A stretch of DNA of 64,000 nt, taken from a virus. Taxonomy: Duplodnaviria > Caudoviricetes. Numbering within the stretch: the first letter of the stretch is position 1; each line of letters begins with the position of its first letter. This document shows, one piece after another, positions 1 to 9,959 of this stretch. The DNA lies in the IMG/VR virus record IMGVR_UViG_3300042975_000096; one strand, given 5' to 3'. A program made the translations under genes and the position numbers. The notes below the pieces were generated by a model, which searched no databases, was not told where the DNA came from, and was given only the letters and a program-made list of their open reading frames with translations.

Positions 1-293
1 TCGATATAATACACACCATTTTCCACGGCATAAGCAGGAGAACCATCAAGTTTGCAAAGGTGCAAATCACAAAGCTCTTTATATTTAGGAAATGCTTTTA
101 CGAACCTGTCTGCAATAGCACCACTGTAAATCGAACCACGTCTATCCGGTGTACCCTTTTTTGTTAAACGGCGCACATTTCCTGTAATAGAGAAATAACG
201 ATGTTTATTTTCATTACCATGGATTGTAACATTCACATTATAAGCCAATTTGTTTTTATAGTCAATTTCTTCAATCCTTGCAATCTTACTCAT
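1..293 (-). CDS. Hypothetical phage protein, runs off window start (MSKIARIEEIDYKNK...)
   Basis: ATG at 293 after RBS AAAGAGGT and a sigmaA promoter at ~337-365; frame open to position 1. Confidence 0.8.
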   Translation of the reverse strand, partial: MSKIARIEEIDYKNKLAYNVNVTIHGNENKHRYFSITGNVRRLTKKGTPDRRGSIYSGAIADRFVKAFPKYKELCDLHLCKLDGSPAYAVENGVYYI

Positions 294-433
294 TTTAATT
301 ACCTCTTTCGCTTAACTCTCTCTTAACTCTATACATATAATACCATAATATTATGTATTTGTCAATGAGTTTTTTAAATTATTTTATGATGGGAATTTAT
401 ACTCAAAATATTCTGAAACATTTTAAGGACAAT

Positions 434-471
434 AAAAAAGACTAAGGGAAAGACTCCCTTAGTCTTTTTTT
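434..471. terminator. Bidirectional intrinsic terminator (representative of ~60 in the window)
   Basis: AAAAAAGACTAAGGGA-AAGAC-TCCCTTAGTCTTTTTT. Confidence 0.85.
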
Positions 472-507
472 AACGTCTTATATTCTGCCAATATAGTTGA
501 CTTGATT

Positions 508-732
508 CTATCTGATAACCATATTAGGCGTTTCGTTTTCATTCACCGCGAAAGAACCTGTAAAAGTAACTGCGTGTTCGTCCTTATATAATTCGCTATA
601 TAAATCGTCCTCACAAAATTCATTTTTAATAATCTTATCGTTAATGGAGGTCGAGAGTTCTTTAATCTTACCATTTGCTAATGAAGCATACACATGTAGA
701 CGATTCACTTTATCGTTTACATGTTCATCCAC
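508..732 (-). pseudogene. Probable 5'-truncated gene fragment
   Basis: Protein-like frame, no RBS or promoter; abuts an opposite-strand fragment near 750. Confidence 0.4.
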
Positions 733-921
733 TTTTATTTCTTCAAATCGGTGATATGCTTTGAAGCAGATTCTAAAAAAGTTTGTGAAAAAATGAAAGG
801 CTATGGCAAACTTAAGATTGCTAATATGCTAGCTGAAAAAGTAGTCGATGAATTATTTCCAGACTCTCCAGAAAGAGATGAACTAATTGACACCGCAGTT
901 GATATGTACCTTAATAACTAA
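721..921 (+). pseudogene. Probable 5'-truncated plus-strand gene fragment
   Basis: Protein-like C-terminal part followed by terminator 931-967; no RBS. Confidence 0.4.
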
Positions 922-930
922 TGAATGAAT

Positions 931-967
931 AAAAAAAAGAGATATACTTAAATGTATATCTCTTTTT
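931..967. terminator. Bidirectional intrinsic terminator
   Basis: A8-GAGATATAC-TTAAAT-GTATATCTC-T5 between convergent ORFs. Confidence 0.8.
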
Positions 968-986
968 AACAAACAATTATTGTTAA

Positions 987-1316
987 TTATTTATTAAAAA
1001 TATCTTCCTCAATCTTATTCATAAGAGTACCATTGTCGTCTGTATATTCTGGAATTCCATTCTGGTCACAAAACTGTTTAATAGTCTTATATAAATTTGC
1101 TGACATACATGCTTTTATTGCTTCGTCAATCATCTGGGATAAGTCCATATTACTTGCTTCGGCTAGACTTGAGTTATTAATTCTAGTTGCTACTTTATCA
1201 GCGACAGTTTTCTTAATTTCATCATAATAAGTATCACAGAACATTTCGCTACATCCATTAATAATCTGGTCTTCGCTCATATCAGCGGCAATTCTTCTAA
1301 GTAATCTATTCGTCAT
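987..1316 (-). CDS. Hypothetical protein
   Basis: 109 aa, RBS AGGAG, no TTGACA promoter. Confidence 0.75.
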   Translation of the reverse strand: MTNRLLRRIAADMSEDQIINGCSEMFCDTYYDEIKKTVADKVATRINNSSLAEASNMDLSQMIDEAIKACMSANLYKTIKQFCDQNGIPEYTDDNGTLMNKIEEDIFNK

Positions 1317-1483
1317 TTTTTTTCTCCTATAACTTTAATTTATTCTTTTTAAAAACTATGTCCTATATTAGGTATCTATACATAATATAGAACAGTTATT
1401 CATTTTATATAACATATAAATAAATTATTTTTATTTTTAATAGTGTTTAATTTATATTACAAATATAAAAAATATTTAGTTGT

Positions 1484-1759
1484 TTATTTATTAAATGTAA
1501 TGTGTTCTAAAGGAGACATTCCGTACTGTTTACGCATTTCATTTATTTGTTTCCAAATATCTTTATCTTTTTTCTTGTCGTTTGCTAATGAAGATATAAG
1601 ATTACGATATTTCTTCGTTTTAATCATTTCTTTATATCGTTTTTGTGTTACATTAATCAAAGAATTGTATATTTTTCTTCCGATTTCAAATCGTTTGTCT
1701 AACATATCTTCTTGATATTTTTCAGTTTTTAAAAGAAATTGAACCACAAAATTTGCCAT
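1484..1759 (-). pseudogene. tnpB: Truncated TnpB (N-terminal ~82 aa only)
   Basis: MANFVVQFLLKTEKYQEDMLDKRFEIGRKIYN typical TnpB start directly after tnpA; no RuvC or Zn finger. Confidence 0.8.
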
Positions 1760-2316
1760 AAATATTCACCTCACTTTGCTATAATATTATTCACTTTTTA
1801 ATATCTCTTTTTCTGATTTTCAACATATTGTTTAATCGTTTCACTACAAACATTTCCAGCAGTTGAAACAAAATAACTTCTAGTCCATAGACTGGGCATC
1901 TTTGATAATTGCTTAAATTCTTCTCTAAGAATTTTGCTTGTATATCCTTTAATCTGTTGCATAATATTCGATGGACTTTGAGTAGGCAAACAATTTAAGA
2001 ACATATGAGAGTGGTCTTTATCACATTCTATTGCTATGATTTCAATTCCTAACTCCTGACATTTTAATTTGACCAGTTCTTTAAATCGTTGTTCTACTTT
2101 AGGTATCAGAAAAATTTTCCTTCTGTATCTTGGACAAAACACAAAATGATAATTTATCAAAGATACAGTTGTATTGGTATGTCTATAATTATTTTCCATA
2201 CTTATAGTATATCATATCGTGTGTATGTTGTCAATATGTTTATACATATATTCATCTAATTTTCTATGTATTGTGTGCTATCCATCCCACACCTAAAGGA
2301 GTGGGCTTTTCGCACT
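1514..2316 (-). mobile_element. IS200/IS605-family element, right part deleted
   Basis: End hairpin GCCCACTCCTTTAGGTGTGGGATGGATAGC (~2277-2310), intact tnpA, truncated tnpB. Confidence 0.85.
1798..2199 (-). CDS. tnpA: IS200/IS605 Y1 HUH transposase
   Basis: YHFVFCPRYRR, DHSHMF (HUH), LWTRSYFVSTAG, YVENQK motifs. Confidence 0.95.
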   Translation of the reverse strand: MENNYRHTNTTVSLINYHFVFCPRYRRKIFLIPKVEQRFKELVKLKCQELGIEIIAIECDKDHSHMFLNCLPTQSPSNIMQQIKGYTSKILREEFKQLSKMPSLWTRSYFVSTAGNVCSETIKQYVENQKKRY

Positions 2317-2354
2317 TAAATTGTAAACTTTAATTTAATATATTCTGAAAACAT

Positions 2355-2558
2355 TTAAGCTGTTATGAAAATGATTTTCAACGCACTTTGAATTATCATC
2401 CATGCTGAACCTGAAAACCCTGCAATAATCATAATCGCAAGCAACGGGTTTATGTCTTGTTTATCTTTGCATTTATGATATTTGTAACAACAATATATAA
2501 GCAAAAATACGCCACTAATTAAGACTGCGAATAATTCATTAATGTTATATTCGTCCAT
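2355..2558 (-). CDS. Small 2-TM membrane protein, paralog of 2582..2779
   Basis: Two hydrophobic segments; shared KDK..P.LAIMI motif. Confidence 0.75.
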   Translation of the reverse strand: MDEYNINELFAVLISGVFLLIYCCYKYHKCKDKQDINPLLAIMIIAGFSGSAWMIIQSALKIIFITA

Positions 2559-2581
2559 ATTTTGTTCCTTTCATTCGTGTG

Positions 2582-2779
2582 TTATATTTGGATAATATGT
2601 ACCACACAAGAAATCAATAAAATTGCCGAGCCAAACATCCCCACACATATCATAATTGCTAATTGTGGGTCTGTACCGTCTTTGTCTTTATATTTGATGA
2701 AGTTGCAAAAGCAATACAAAAACATTACCACGCCAATAGTAAGCATAATTAACCATTGATTCATTTCTGAAATATTCAT
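2582..2779 (-). CDS. Small 2-TM membrane protein, paralog of 2355..2558
   Basis: Two hydrophobic segments; shared KDK..P.LAIMI motif. Confidence 0.75.
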   Translation of the reverse strand: MNISEMNQWLIMLTIGVVMFLYCFCNFIKYKDKDGTDPQLAIMICVGMFGSAILLISCVVHIIQI

Positions 2780-2794
2780 ACTTTATACCTTTCA

Positions 2795-3067
2795 TTAATA
2801 CATTTTATACCAACATGATTCTATTCTGAATATCTTTTTTGATTTCATCATAGTTGTATAACTACAATGAATATATCCTTCTTTCAATACTTCTTTTGGT
2901 GGATTGTTAAATATATTCATTTCATTGACAATATACCATTCTAGTTTTGCAAGTGCATCCGCTTTCGTAGCAAACTGTTCAATAAATGGTTCATCATCCT
3001 CATAGACTTGATGGGTTGTGTAAATGTAATATTTCGTTGTTTGTGCTACATTGTTATTCCGTTGCAT
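2795..3067 (-). CDS. Hypothetical protein
   Basis: RBS AAGGTGAG, operon context. Confidence 0.7.
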   Translation of the reverse strand: MQRNNNVAQTTKYYIYTTHQVYEDDEPFIEQFATKADALAKLEWYIVNEMNIFNNPPKEVLKEGYIHCSYTTMMKSKKIFRIESCWYKMY

Positions 3068-3082
3068 AATGAACTCACCTTT

Positions 3083-3310
3083 TTATTTATCTTTATTGTC
3101 AAGAATAACTATTGCATTTTTAATTGCGTTTTTAATTAGCTCATTGAATGGACTATTTGATTCCTTTGAATCGGCATTTACATTAACTGTAATATTTACT
3201 GTTTTCTGTACAGATTGGTTTTCTGTTGGCTGATTGTTACCATACCGATTAATGTTATGTGACTTACAATATCTAATGTAGCTTGCGTTTGGCGGTTCAT
3301 TACGAATCAT
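3083..3310 (-). CDS. Hypothetical protein
   Basis: Promoter and RBS GAGGGAG upstream. Confidence 0.7.
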   Translation of the reverse strand: MIRNEPPNASYIRYCKSHNINRYGNNQPTENQSVQKTVNITVNVNADSKESNSPFNELIKNAIKNAIVILDNKDK

Positions 3311-3638
3311 TTTTATTCAACTCCCTCTATTTATCTTATGCTATTATTATATCATTGTTTTTTATTTTGTCAATGATTTCTTACTCATAATTCCGCACCA
3401 TAATAAACAATATGCTTTGCTGATGTTCTTTTTTCTAAAGTGCTCAAATGGATAAACGTTTGTGTATTCCTCACAACTATAGTACCATGTGTCCCAGAAC
3501 AACTCCATATCAATTTGTAATTTCGTTCGTTTGTTTAGAGATTTATATCGAATCATCTTATCACCATTTTTCAGAATATTATAAAATATTATTTATTCAA
3601 TGAAATTCGGCAATATTTAGTTATTGCCGAATTTTGAT

Positions 3639-3836
3639 TTAGTGCTCATTGTTACATTCACATTCATATTCACGTTCAGATTGATTACACGCTCTTGACG
3701 TTGGGTCTTTAACTGGGGCTACATTATATATGCAACGACCATTATCTTGATACAAGCAACCACCATATTCAGTACAAGCAAACGTATCTTTTCCAAATCT
3801 ATCTACATTCTTAAAATAAGATTCATTTAATATCAT
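3639..3836 (-). CDS. Cys-rich hypothetical protein
   Basis: Overlaps upstream gene; terminator follows. Confidence 0.65.
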   Translation of the reverse strand: MILNESYFKNVDRFGKDTFACTEYGGCLYQDNGRCIYNVAPVKDPTSRACNQSEREYECECNNEH

Positions 3837-4032
3837 ATTTTAGCACTTCCATTTCTCTTTCGTCACGGTCTGCAACATTAATTACAACGTCGTTATTATC
3901 AAATCCGTTTTCAATCAAAAACTCATGGATTGCATTTTCCAATCTGGATTCTCCCAAACTACTTCTCATGAAGTGACCGAGTTTCAAATACTGAATGTCA
4001 TTATCATTAAAAATATCAAGTTCGATTTTCAT
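3823..4032 (-). CDS. Hypothetical protein
   Basis: RBS GAAGGA. Confidence 0.7.
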   Translation of the reverse strand: MKIELDIFNDNDIQYLKLGHFMRSSLGESRLENAIHEFLIENGFDNNDVVINVADRDEREMEVLKYDIK

Positions 4033-4050
4033 TTTATTGTCCTTCTTTCA

Positions 4051-4377
4051 TTACAACAAATTATAAAACTGTGAATTAAACATTTTAGGATAACCGTTTC
4101 GTTCTCCTGCTCGATATGCTTCATTCTGCAAATAAAAAGCCATGTCCATTCCACAACCATGAACGATTACACAACCGTTCGTAGTTTTTGCCGTAGAGTG
4201 CTTCATGTGAACAAAATCAGCTACCATTTGAGAAATATCATTGCCATTAATAAAACAACGAAAATAACGGCTGTCATTACCATTGCCATATCTATCTTTT
4301 ACAATTCGTTCTAAGGAAAGTGTTAACCGTGTTTCTTTATCCAAAAGGTCATGCTCTTTCATCCAATCAATCAACAT
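4051..4377 (-). CDS. Hypothetical phage protein (GCGMDM motif)
   Basis: Standard promoter/leader/RBS unit; start refined to the ATG after GAGGT. Confidence 0.8.
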   Translation of the reverse strand: MLIDWMKEHDLLDKETRLTLSLERIVKDRYGNGNDSRYFRCFINGNDISQMVADFVHMKHSTAKTTNGCVIVHGCGMDMAFYLQNEAYRAGERNGYPKMFNSQFYNLL

Positions 4378-4457
4378 TCTAATTACCTCTTTCATTTAAC
4401 TCTCTCTTAACTCTGTATATATAATACCATATTTTTATTTATTTGTCAATAGTTTTT

Positions 4458-4700
4458 TTAGCTTCTTTTTAACTTCATGTATTCCTTCTTCAATTCGTTA
4501 AAATCGTCTTTATCGTCAACATCAATCATATATAATAAATCTTCACCACTATTAAATCCTGCGGTATTATAGCCAAGCTGTTCAAGTCCTTTAATAACAT
4601 TGTTTAGCTTTTTTACTTCTGATTCCTTCTTGATAGTAATAATTGCAACAGGTGTAGGATATTCATTTTTACCCTCATACGATATTTTCATTTCAACCAC
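4458..4700 (-). CDS. Hypothetical protein
   Basis: Standard unit. Confidence 0.75.
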   Translation of the reverse strand: MVEMKISYEGKNEYPTPVAIITIKKESEVKKLNNVIKGLEQLGYNTAGFNSGEDLLYMIDVDDKDDFNELKKEYMKLKRS

Positions 4701-4863
4701 TCCTTCTCTTAACTCTATAATTATAATATCATATAATTAAAAAAATGTCAAGTATTTTTTTGCACAATCATTCAATTTTAGAATAATCTGAAAACATATA
4801 AGACAATAAAAAAGCAAGTCTATTAAATAGACTTGCTTTCTAAAATCATCAACTCATAGCTTT

Positions 4864-5631
4864 TTAAATTACATCTTTCATATCCGAACAATGATGCTTT
4901 TTCAAAAAGGCTACAAGTTCTGCTGGTAATGAAAGGAAAAGTTTCTTTTTCCTTTCTTCCCAACTTTCGTCATTAGAATGTTGCGTGTAATTCAAATACG
5001 AAAAATCAGTTTCATAACCATCGCCGTATTTATTCTGTTTCAAAATTGGAATCATTTCATGCAAAAACTCTTTGCATTTTGCATGTTCGGTATCAACAGC
5101 AACATTGAGTCCTGAATATGCAAAAACACCAAAATAATCGCGCTGTTCCTCTTTGAATGATTCGAAATCAAAAAATACAGGCATGGTAATATCAAACGTG
5201 TTGAATCTTGTTTTTTCGTTGATTGTATCTGCCGACACCAACATACCTGTTTCTTCATGCCATGCAACCAGCTTACATTCATTGTGTGAAGTCTTATCCC
5301 ACTTATAATTTGGCGTATGAATAAAGTCAAACGTTGTCATTTTGAAGCCAAACTTCTTCAAAACTGCCATTGCTTCATTTAAATCAATTCCTGCATATAA
5401 ATCATATGCAAAAACCCGTTCAACGTCAGCAACTAAACAGTTTTTCTTGGGATTCATAGTGGCGTTTTTAATTCGATAAAATCCGCTATGAGTAACAGAA
5501 TTTGAAGATACCGCCGTTCCGTCAGGCAAATGTCCTAAGAAAATGGTATCACCTGTACGAAAACATGATTGCACAAAATCAATATAGCTTTCCTGAAATA
5601 AAACAATGTTGTCAGCATAATTCTTTGTCAT
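4864..5631 (-). CDS. Hypothetical protein, paralog of 7402..8148
   Basis: Shared GFY.I, AYDLY, AW.EETG.L.SADT, KTRFN motifs. Confidence 0.85.
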   Translation of the reverse strand: MTKNYADNIVLFQESYIDFVQSCFRTGDTIFLGHLPDGTAVSSNSVTHSGFYRIKNATMNPKKNCLVADVERVFAYDLYAGIDLNEAMAVLKKFGFKMTTFDFIHTPNYKWDKTSHNECKLVAWHEETGMLVSADTINEKTRFNTFDITMPVFFDFESFKEEQRDYFGVFAYSGLNVAVDTEHAKCKEFLHEMIPILKQNKYGDGYETDFSYLNYTQHSNDESWEERKKKLFLSLPAELVAFLKKHHCSDMKDVI

Positions 5632-5791
5632 GATAGGCTCTCCTTTAACTCTTAATTAACTCTGTATATATAATATCACAATTAAATAAAAATGTCAATA
5701 TATTTTTAAAAAGTATATTGATGAATCATTTTAGAATAATCTGAAAACTTTTAACGATGAAAATAAAAAAGGGGGAGTTGCCCCCATACAA

Positions 5792-6400
5792 TCAATCAAT
5801 CGTGCTAAGATAACCATTAGAATCGGCATAAACCAATTTTGTTCCTTTGTTAAAAAGTTTGTGCGCATTGTCGATTTCATACATAGAAACCACATGCCCT
5901 TTTAATTCAATCGTATAGCTGAATTTATTATTAAACTCTGAATATGTGACGGGAACAACAAACGCAAGTTTTTTCGTTCTATCCTCTACTCTATCCAATG
6001 CCATAATCTGTTCTTTTGTTCTTGCTTTTTTGCGTTCCACATTGATTTCAGAAAAAGTTTTCTTCTGACAATTCTTCAAACATTTCACAAGTTCGTCAGT
6101 TTTTCCGATATGATAAATATATTCTTCTTTTACGTCCAAAAGTGCCATTTTGTTATTGGAGTGTGGAGTACGAAAACCGATTTTTTTCAAATCAGCTTCC
6201 ATTGCCCTTTCTACTTCTTTCCTAACGTCTGCATTTGAAAAATGAAACATTGTTTCGCCACCCCATGAATCGGAAATAAATGAACCAACCTTTTTATTGT
6301 TCAGATAGATATTACCTTGCGGAATCATATATCCTTCATGGTCTGGGAAATATTTCAACGATTTAATGGAAACGTTGGACTGATATGTAATCTGATACAT
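5792..6400 (-). CDS. Hypothetical protein (DSWGG motif)
   Basis: Standard unit, long ORF. Confidence 0.8.
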   Translation of the reverse strand: MYQITYQSNVSIKSLKYFPDHEGYMIPQGNIYLNNKKVGSFISDSWGGETMFHFSNADVRKEVERAMEADLKKIGFRTPHSNNKMALLDVKEEYIYHIGKTDELVKCLKNCQKKTFSEINVERKKARTKEQIMALDRVEDRTKKLAFVVPVTYSEFNNKFSYTIELKGHVVSMYEIDNAHKLFNKGTKLVYADSNGYLSTID

Positions 6401-6580
6401 GATAATCACCTCTCTCTTTAACTTGCTTAACCTATCTCTTAACCATGCTTAAATAATACCACAAATCAACGTAAATGTCAATAGGTTTTTTATTTTTTTG
6501 TAACATTAGTAACCATTTTTATAATAATCTGAAAATAATTTTGATATAAAAAAGAGAGGGAATATATCCCCCCCCTTTTT

Positions 6581-6991
6581 TCACTTCTGTGCTATCTGCT
6601 TAATAGCAAGCTCAACAAGCATATTAAAAATATATTCGTCGGTAATCCCCATAGCCAATACTATTTTCTTAACGGTTTCTTTACGCAAATTGTTCAAAGA
6701 ACCACGTGCTTTATCTGAATCATGACATGCATGACGAACATCTTCCGACCTAGCTCCATATGCGCTAACCAGTTCACGATATGCAGGAGATTCCGTACTA
6801 ATATGAGCCATTTCAAGAAGTTCAAGACATTTCATATAGGTTTTTCTTTTTTCATCATACCGCTTAATATTAAACTCAATATTATTTATACGCTTATGAA
6901 TAGCCAAAGCGTTCTTATCCGTATTTTCAAAATCTAAAACAGTATCAACAATAGTGGAAACGACTGCGAAAACATTATTCTGAATATCCAT
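6581..6991 (-). CDS. Hypothetical helical protein
   Basis: Standard unit. Confidence 0.8.
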   Translation of the reverse strand: MDIQNNVFAVVSTIVDTVLDFENTDKNALAIHKRINNIEFNIKRYDEKRKTYMKCLELLEMAHISTESPAYRELVSAYGARSEDVRHACHDSDKARGSLNNLRKETVKKIVLAMGITDEYIFNMLVELAIKQIAQK

Positions 6992-7401
6992 GATTAATTA
7001 CCTCTCTTTTTAACTTGCTTAACTATCTCTTAACCATGCTTAAATAATACCACAAATTAATGTAAATGTCAATAGTTTTTAAAAACATTTTTCAGTTTTC
7101 AGAATATTATAAAATAATTTGCGATGAAAAAAGAAGGAGGGAAGTTAATCCCTCCTATGATTAAAGTTTCTCCAACACAAGGCTGGTAAGGAACGAAATT
7201 GATTCTTAATCAATGATTCCCATATCTGGAATGATTTTTTCAGCTAAAATCATTTTTCTATTTTTTGGAAATCTTTTTTGTCCAATTATTAATTTCCTCT
7301 GTTTTCCCCTCAATATATGTTTTTCTTGTTTGTGTGTTCTTTGCCAATTTGTAGCGCAAAAAAAAGAGAAGGTGTTATTTCCCTTCTCTCTAAATTAAAC
7401 C

Positions 7402-8148
7402 TTACGGTTCAAACCTATACTTATTTAAGAATGACTGCAACGAAACCGGAAAATCGTTGAAACTAACGGTTACGTCTGTATAACGTTGCGTATAATTTTT
7501 ATATGTAAAATCCGTTTTATAATTCTTCATATCGCCACTTGACTTTACAACTTTAATCATACATTTTAACCATTCGTCACATTGTGCATGAACGGCATCA
7601 AACTGAATGTTTGAATCACCATTAATAGAGGATAAACCCCAACAATCTACAAAACTTTCCTCAAATGAAGTTTGCATATCACAAAAAATAGGAGTAGTAA
7701 CGTCAATGTTATTGAAACGTGTTTTATTATCAAAAGTATCTGCTGAAATTAATATTCCGGTTTCATCATTCCACGCAAACACCTTTTTTTCTTGTGAAGT
7801 TTTCTTGTCGAATGTATGTCCAAAAAAGTCATACGTAACAAACTCAAAGTTAAATTTTTTCATTACTTCAAGGAACTCTTTCAAACCAATAGAATTATAT
7901 AAATCATACGCATATACATTGCTTAATTTTGCATATATATTTCTTTTGTTTTCATTTACATATAAAACCTTATCAATTTTATAAAATCCCTCTTTAGTAA
8001 TTTTGTTTTCGTCTTTAGCTGAATATACACGACTTCCATCTTGCGTATATCCAACATAACCAGAAAAATCAATTACTTTCCAATCCATTTTATCAGCAGG
8101 AATATAATATCCTTTCATATGTACAATTTCGCCAATATAATCATTCAT
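7402..8148 (-). CDS. Hypothetical protein, paralog of 4864..5631
   Basis: Shared motifs; start refined to MNDYIG after RBS. Confidence 0.85.
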   Translation of the reverse strand: MNDYIGEIVHMKGYYIPADKMDWKVIDFSGYVGYTQDGSRVYSAKDENKITKEGFYKIDKVLYVNENKRNIYAKLSNVYAYDLYNSIGLKEFLEVMKKFNFEFVTYDFFGHTFDKKTSQEKKVFAWNDETGILISADTFDNKTRFNNIDVTTPIFCDMQTSFEESFVDCWGLSSINGDSNIQFDAVHAQCDEWLKCMIKVVKSSGDMKNYKTDFTYKNYTQRYTDVTVSFNDFPVSLQSFLNKYRFEP

Positions 8149-8162
8149 TTCTACACAACCTT

Positions 8163-8522
8163 TCATAATGTATTTAATATCGTAACATAATATCTGCAAG
8201 CACCTAAAATGTTTCTTTTTTTATAGGAATTAAGAATAATTGATTTTATGGAGTATTTTTCTAATTTCTCATCTTTCTCCAATAAGAATTTATATTTATG
8301 CCATTTACACAAAAAGAACTTATTCGTAACCCATTCGTTTTGAATCAAATGTAACATATCAATAAGAGAACTATCTTCAACCAGATAAAGATAAACAACC
8401 AAAGAATCATTTTCAGTTACTACCTTGACTGAATCAACTTCCATAGAAACGGAATCTATCATATTAACACGAATAAATCTTTCTAAATAATCAAGTTGCT
8501 TTTCCTTTAACACTTTTTTCAT
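8163..8522 (-). CDS. Hypothetical protein, paralog of 13129..13458
   Basis: Shared ENDSLVVYLY.VE.SSLI...NEWV...FLLEKDE. Confidence 0.8.
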   Translation of the reverse strand: MKKVLKEKQLDYLERFIRVNMIDSVSMEVDSVKVVTENDSLVVYLYLVEDSSLIDMLHLIQNEWVTNKFFLCKWHKYKFLLEKDEKLEKYSIKSIILNSYKKRNILGACRYYVTILNTL

Positions 8523-8646
8523 CCCCTTTAATTTATATAATACCATATATTATTCAATTTGTCAACACTTTTTTAAAATATATTATTTCTAAATATTCTG
8601 AAACATTATTAATAAAAAAATAAATGGGATATATAATATATCCCAT

Positions 8647-9006
8647 TTAATAACTAACCCAATAGTAGATAGAATAATCATCGTCTATGGCTTTAATAGC
8701 CTTGCTAATACCTTCTGTATCTGCAACATCGTGACCAAATTTATGATAATTCGGTTCAATATCATAATCTAATGCTAATAAAGATTTTGCCATTTTTAAC
8801 TGTTCTTTATTAAGCAACGTGTATCCCAAATTCGGTATAGATTTTGCAACTCCCATAATAGCAATATGCAATGGTTTACTCGACGTGCTATATATAGATT
8901 TTGTTTCAAAAATGGCGTGTCTTATATTTTTTGGGCGAATCAAGTAATCATGTTCGTCAATTACCGCTTCAACAGGAACGGCAATAAATTTATTATCTAT
9001 TCCCAT
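8647..9006 (-). CDS. Hypothetical protein
   Basis: Operon context, terminator follows. Confidence 0.75.
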   Translation of the reverse strand: MGIDNKFIAVPVEAVIDEHDYLIRPKNIRHAIFETKSIYSTSSKPLHIAIMGVAKSIPNLGYTLLNKEQLKMAKSLLALDYDIEPNYHKFGHDVADTEGISKAIKAIDDDYSIYYWVSY

Positions 9007-9018
9007 TTTCTATACCAC

Positions 9019-9405
9019 TCATTTCATTACCTTCATAAGGTCATTAACAAACTCGAACAAATCCTCTGCTTCAATAATCACTTCTTCGTAACCGCCACTA
9101 TGCCCTTTTTCGTAAGCCCTCTGCCAAACAATATCGAACACTTTTTTGTCCATGCCAAAATCATTGCGAACAGATTCTTTCAGAACTTCTTCAAGCTCAT
9201 TCGTTTTATCATAATATGCTTTCCTTGCCTGTTTATAATATTCGTCAATATTGCTTTTGATTTCTTTCTGTTTTGCTTCCAGCTCTTTCATTGTGCCGAC
9301 GAACGTTTTTTCAAATTTATCCATTTCTTTTTTTTCAATTTTTCTTTTATCAGGATATGACACAGATTCAATTTCTTTAATGATTTTTACTGCTTCGTCT
9401 GTCAT
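9019..9405 (-). CDS. Hypothetical protein, paralog of 55791..56165
   Basis: Shared IIKEI..YP...FE.TFVGT.KEL...F.IVW. Confidence 0.8.
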   Translation of the reverse strand: MTDEAVKIIKEIESVSYPDKRKIEKKEMDKFEKTFVGTMKELEAKQKEIKSNIDEYYKQARKAYYDKTNELEEVLKESVRNDFGMDKKVFDIVWQRAYEKGHSGGYEEVIIEAEDLFEFVNDLMKVMK

Positions 9406-9479
9406 TTTTTATTCCTTCTTTCTTCAATTCAATCTCTACTATTATAGTATCACATTTTTTATTTTTTGTCAATAGTTTT

Positions 9480-9683
9480 TTAAATTTCTTCCATTACTCC
9501 ATATTTTTTCATTTCATATATCATGTGGTTAAATCCTTCATGTGTAACTTCTCGCGTTTTCCGATTAATAAATACACTCTCGCCAAAAACTTCGTCATTC
9601 ATAAAAAACCCAATTTCGTTCTTTTCCCAACGACCACCGCTAAATTCCATATCCATATCAACATCTTTTTTTACAACCAACAT
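9480..9683 (-). CDS. Hypothetical protein downstream of a solitary CRISPR repeat
   Basis: RBS AAGGGGG before MLVVKK. Confidence 0.7.
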   Translation of the reverse strand: MLVVKKDVDMDMEFSGGRWEKNEIGFFMNDEVFGESVFINRKTREVTHEGFNHMIYEMKKYGVMEEI

Positions 9684-9758
9684 TGTCAATTCCCCCTTAA
9701 TCATTCACTGACATAACAATTTTTCTTTTTTCAATAAGAGAAACCAAATCCTCAACAT

Positions 9759-9789
9759 ATTTCAATTCACGCACCCGTATGGGTGCGAC
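9759..9789 (-). CRISPR. Solitary type I-C-like repeat, no leader, intergenic within an operon
   Basis: GTCGCACCCATACGGGTGCGTGAATTGAAAT, identical to array repeats. Confidence 0.9.
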
Positions 9790-9809
9790 ATAAAGCGTGT
9801 AATGGGAAA

Positions 9810-9959
9810 TTATTTCAATTCAGTTTCAACGATTTTGAAATCCAGTTTCATTTCTTCATCCTGCAAAAGCATTTTCTTTGTTACATTCATTGTAAACAAA
9901 ACATTATCTTTTCCTTTTGCTTTAATTACATTTTTAATTTCACTCCAAGTAATAAACAT
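9810..9959 (-). CDS. 49-aa hypothetical protein (MFITWSEIKNVIK...)
   Basis: Promoter and RBS GGGGGGAG; below ORF-track cutoff. Confidence 0.65.
   Translation of the reverse strand: MFITWSEIKNVIKAKGKDNVLFTMNVTKKMLLQDEEMKLDFKIVETELK

Noticed and set aside
301-336. TRAP-binding (G/U)AG repeats in the leaders
   Set aside because: Only 3-4 triplets, far fewer than typical TRAP sites
9812-9822. Partial repeat ATTTCAATTCA suggesting a two-repeat array
   Set aside because: Only 11 nt, no hairpin, 22-nt gap, and it coincides with the ELK-stop codons of the 49-aa ORF
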